A DNA stretch of 32,000 bases, taken from the NCBI RefSeq assembly GCF_054391665.1, contig NZ_CM136172.1, one strand, 5' to 3'. Every line of letters starts with the position of its first letter. The stretch's first letter is position 1. Shown piece after piece: positions 29,956-32,000 of the stretch. Both the position numbers and the translations under genes were made by a program. A model generated the notes under the pieces. It made no database searches. It was not told the DNA's origin and saw only the letters and a program-made list of their open reading frames with translations.

Positions 29956-30828
29956 TTATTTTTTAATTTTGCTACGGTAAATCATGTCCAGAGCACTTTC
30001 AATAACCCGGTCATTTGAGATACCCTCGTTTATGGATAATTTTCTCAGTTTGTCATATGCCTCCTGTGAAATATTTACGTTCAGGGGGCGCAGCTTTTTA
30101 TCAACCCTATTTTTTATTCTGTTTTTTTGGGTAGCCCAGGCGCTTTTAAACTTCCGGGTAAACAGTTCTACTGAGTCTGGTGAATTCTGGTTGTTTTTTT
30201 TCCATGTGAAGTAACTGGCATAACACCAGGCCATAATCTCTTCAGATGATTCTCCACAGACATAGTTCAGGGAAATGTTCGTCTTTTCCTGAATATATTT
30301 TTTGAGCCATGAGCAGATATCAAAATTTCTGGCCTTAACCTCTCTGAAAATATCATCTTTTTCGAGTAGTGTGGTCCATTCAATACTTTTCTGGTTCAGG
30401 TAATTTGATGGTGTGTATAAAATGAAAGGCCAGTTGTCAATACACCTGCGTATGGCATCCACCCTCACGCTGTGGTGAGAAGGCAGTGACTCCGGAGATA
30501 AACAGGTAAGGGTATTTTCATAACCGTTTATCTTAATCATTTCATATAATTCACAAGTCAACCATAAACTGGCGCGGGCATCATTACGATACCAGTTAAG
30601 ATCATCCTCAGATGGTAAGGAATCGAAGTAACGCTGGTCTGTTTCAGCCAGAAAATTATTTATTTTCAGTGTGTCAGCACCCTGTGAAATAAGAGTGTTT
30701 AAAATCCGTTTCTGATACGAGAAATAATCTTTATCGGCCAGGCTTGATGGTAAATAAAACCCATTTTCATTTAAGCGCCTTTCAAGATATCGTATTCTGC
30801 TTCTTTCATCTTCCACAACCTTAACCAT
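29956..30828 (-). CDS. Putative DNA-binding protein with MatP-like ribbon-helix-helix C-terminus
   Basis: 290 aa. C-terminus KNRIKNRVDKKLRPLNVNISQEAYDKLRKLSINEGISNDRVIESALDMIYRSKIKK resembles the MatP C-terminal RHH. The N-terminal ~230 aa are not recognised. Confidence 0.6.
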   Translation of the reverse strand: MVKVVEDERSRIRYLERRLNENGFYLPSSLADKDYFSYQKRILNTLISQGADTLKINNFLAETDQRYFDSLPSEDDLNWYRNDARASLWLTCELYEMIKINGYENTLTCLSPESLPSHHSVRVDAIRRCIDNWPFILYTPSNYLNQKSIEWTTLLEKDDIFREVKARNFDICSWLKKYIQEKTNISLNYVCGESSEEIMAWCYASYFTWKKNNQNSPDSVELFTRKFKSAWATQKNRIKNRVDKKLRPLNVNISQEAYDKLRKLSINEGISNDRVIESALDMIYRSKIKK

Positions 30829-31189
30829 AGTATCTCTCCTTCAGTCAGGATAATCACACGTGATTTTAAGTAAAATCAAAGCATCTTTAGCATGATTTTC
30901 TCATAAATTTCAGTTCATTTCACGTGTATAAATTAAGGGGCGGGAGATACCTCATGTTATCTTTTTGTATCTGCTGACTGGGAGGGGGTTTTATAAAAGT
31001 ACATTCTTTGCCAGGACGGTTGAAGTGCATTCACAGGAGTGAACCGCTCTTTTTATTTTCCGGGAAGAGCGCTTTCTCCTCTCATCCTGTTATTATTAAT
31101 TTACTTTCGTTTTCGCCTTCGGGCAACTCTCCCCTTTGCCTTAAACAACACAGTTAATCCCGCGTCAGGTTATTAAGGTAAATGTTGAT

Positions 31190-31330
31190 ATGAATTTCAC
31201 CAGAGACGATGAGTTTCATTGTGAGAATCATTGTATCCTGTATTTTGATGCGTCTCTCCATGACTTTAACAGAGGGCTTCATATTTTTATTTACGATAAG
31301 TCTGGTTTTACGTTACTGGAGATAAAATGA
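31190..31330 (+). other. 46-aa unannotated small ORF (MNFTRDDEFHCENHCILYFDASLHDFNRGLHIFIYDKSGFTLLEIK)
   Basis: Hand-read ORF in the ORF-poor region; no recognised family and no clear Shine-Dalgarno. Confidence 0.2.
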
Positions 31331-31371
31331 CTAACGGTCATCACTTTCCTCATTAATCATATCTTACAGAT

Positions 31372-31515
31372 ATGGTATTGTTCACCAGTCTGTCACGGGT
31401 ACAGGGAAATCATATGGGCTTCCTTGTCAGAGAAAATGACTGGTCGGAAATTTATTCGGGAATTCATTGTAGTGCCTGCAGACACAGATATATCGTTAAC
31501 GTAAACTATAATTGA
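31372..31515 (+). other. 47-aa unannotated small ORF (MVLFTSLSRVQGNHMGFLVRENDWSEIYSGIHCSACRHRYIVNVNYN)
   Basis: Hand-read ORF, 41 bp after the previous one; contains a CSAC motif; no recognised family. Confidence 0.2.
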
Positions 31516-32000
31516 CGGACGATACGGGAGTTACAGTGACTCATGAACCATGAATTTCATAAGCCATGATGGCAAGTAAATATTCCTGATTACCGTAAAG
31601 TATTTCTTAGATATTACCATACCCTCTGGCGTTACTGATTTACTGATAGATATGGCATCCAGAATTATCATAACATTTCATCCGTTGACATTATTTACCC
31701 GGTCTAATAGCTTTTTTAATAAAGCTGACTTTCAGATCACTCTTCCTGAGACTACTGTTTTTCCGGTATCAGTTCACGGTGGTGGCAAAGAAAAAATTTA
31801 AAACCCATCAGTCGTTTAATTTACAACAATGTACTCAGGCTGCGTGGTCCGCTGACAGCCAGACCTGATGTGGCTGCTATTTCTGCATGAATTGACGTGT
31901 GTACCGTCTGAAGCTCGTTGTCGACTGCTTCACAACACTGATATGTTAGCATGATACGAGTTCCCGGACTGTTACTTCAGGTTTTACAGGGCTTTATTGA

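Larger units (their letters stand above)
20224..32000. mobile_element. selC-integrated genomic island with CP4-44/CP4-57-like accessory module (integrase and intact selC expected to the right of the window)
   Basis: Starts at the selC 3' duplicate. Carries the standard island block DUF4942/DUF957/DUF5983/cbtA/cbeA/yeeT/yeeS/ardB-like/DUF932/DUF905/Ag43/GTPase. Backbone genes lie to the left. Confidence 0.85.

Overview
The window joins an E. coli/Shigella-type chromosomal segment to two separate accessory blocks near the selC locus. (1) 1-15.74 kb: an EAEC 042-like eip/air locus. It holds the 3' part of a giant immunoglobulin-repeat surface protein (air, + strand, truncated by the window start), a HilA-like regulator (eilA), three type III secretion tip/translocator proteins (EipD, EipC, EipB) and their TPR chaperone (EicA). 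No secretion apparatus genes are present. (2) 16.04-19.59 kb: backbone genes yicS, nlpA, yicL and setC. (3) From 20,224 to the window end: a genomic island opening with an exact 24-nt copy of the selC tRNA 3' end. It carries a CP4-44/CP4-57-like module: DUF4942, DUF957, DUF5983, CbtA/CbeA toxin-antitoxin, YeeT, YeeS, ArdB/KlcA-type antirestriction protein, DUF932, DUF905, an Ag43/Cah-type autotransporter with three GATC sites upstream, a YeeP/YfjP-type GTPase and a protein with a MatP-like C-terminus. Observations that stand out: exactly 16 indel-free 291-bp repeats in air with mosaic shuffling; a small split ORF between eicA and eipB with an in-frame T TTA AAA slippery heptamer; a probable RhuM remnant outside the island att repeat; an in-frame TGA in a small Cys-rich ORF; a very small ORF overlapping the yeeT stop; a DUF905 gene with an apparent internal deletion; and a 1.17-kb stretch with no long ORF at the right edge. 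I found no wholly new defence or mobile system that I can support. All family names come from recognising the translated sequences, not from a database search.
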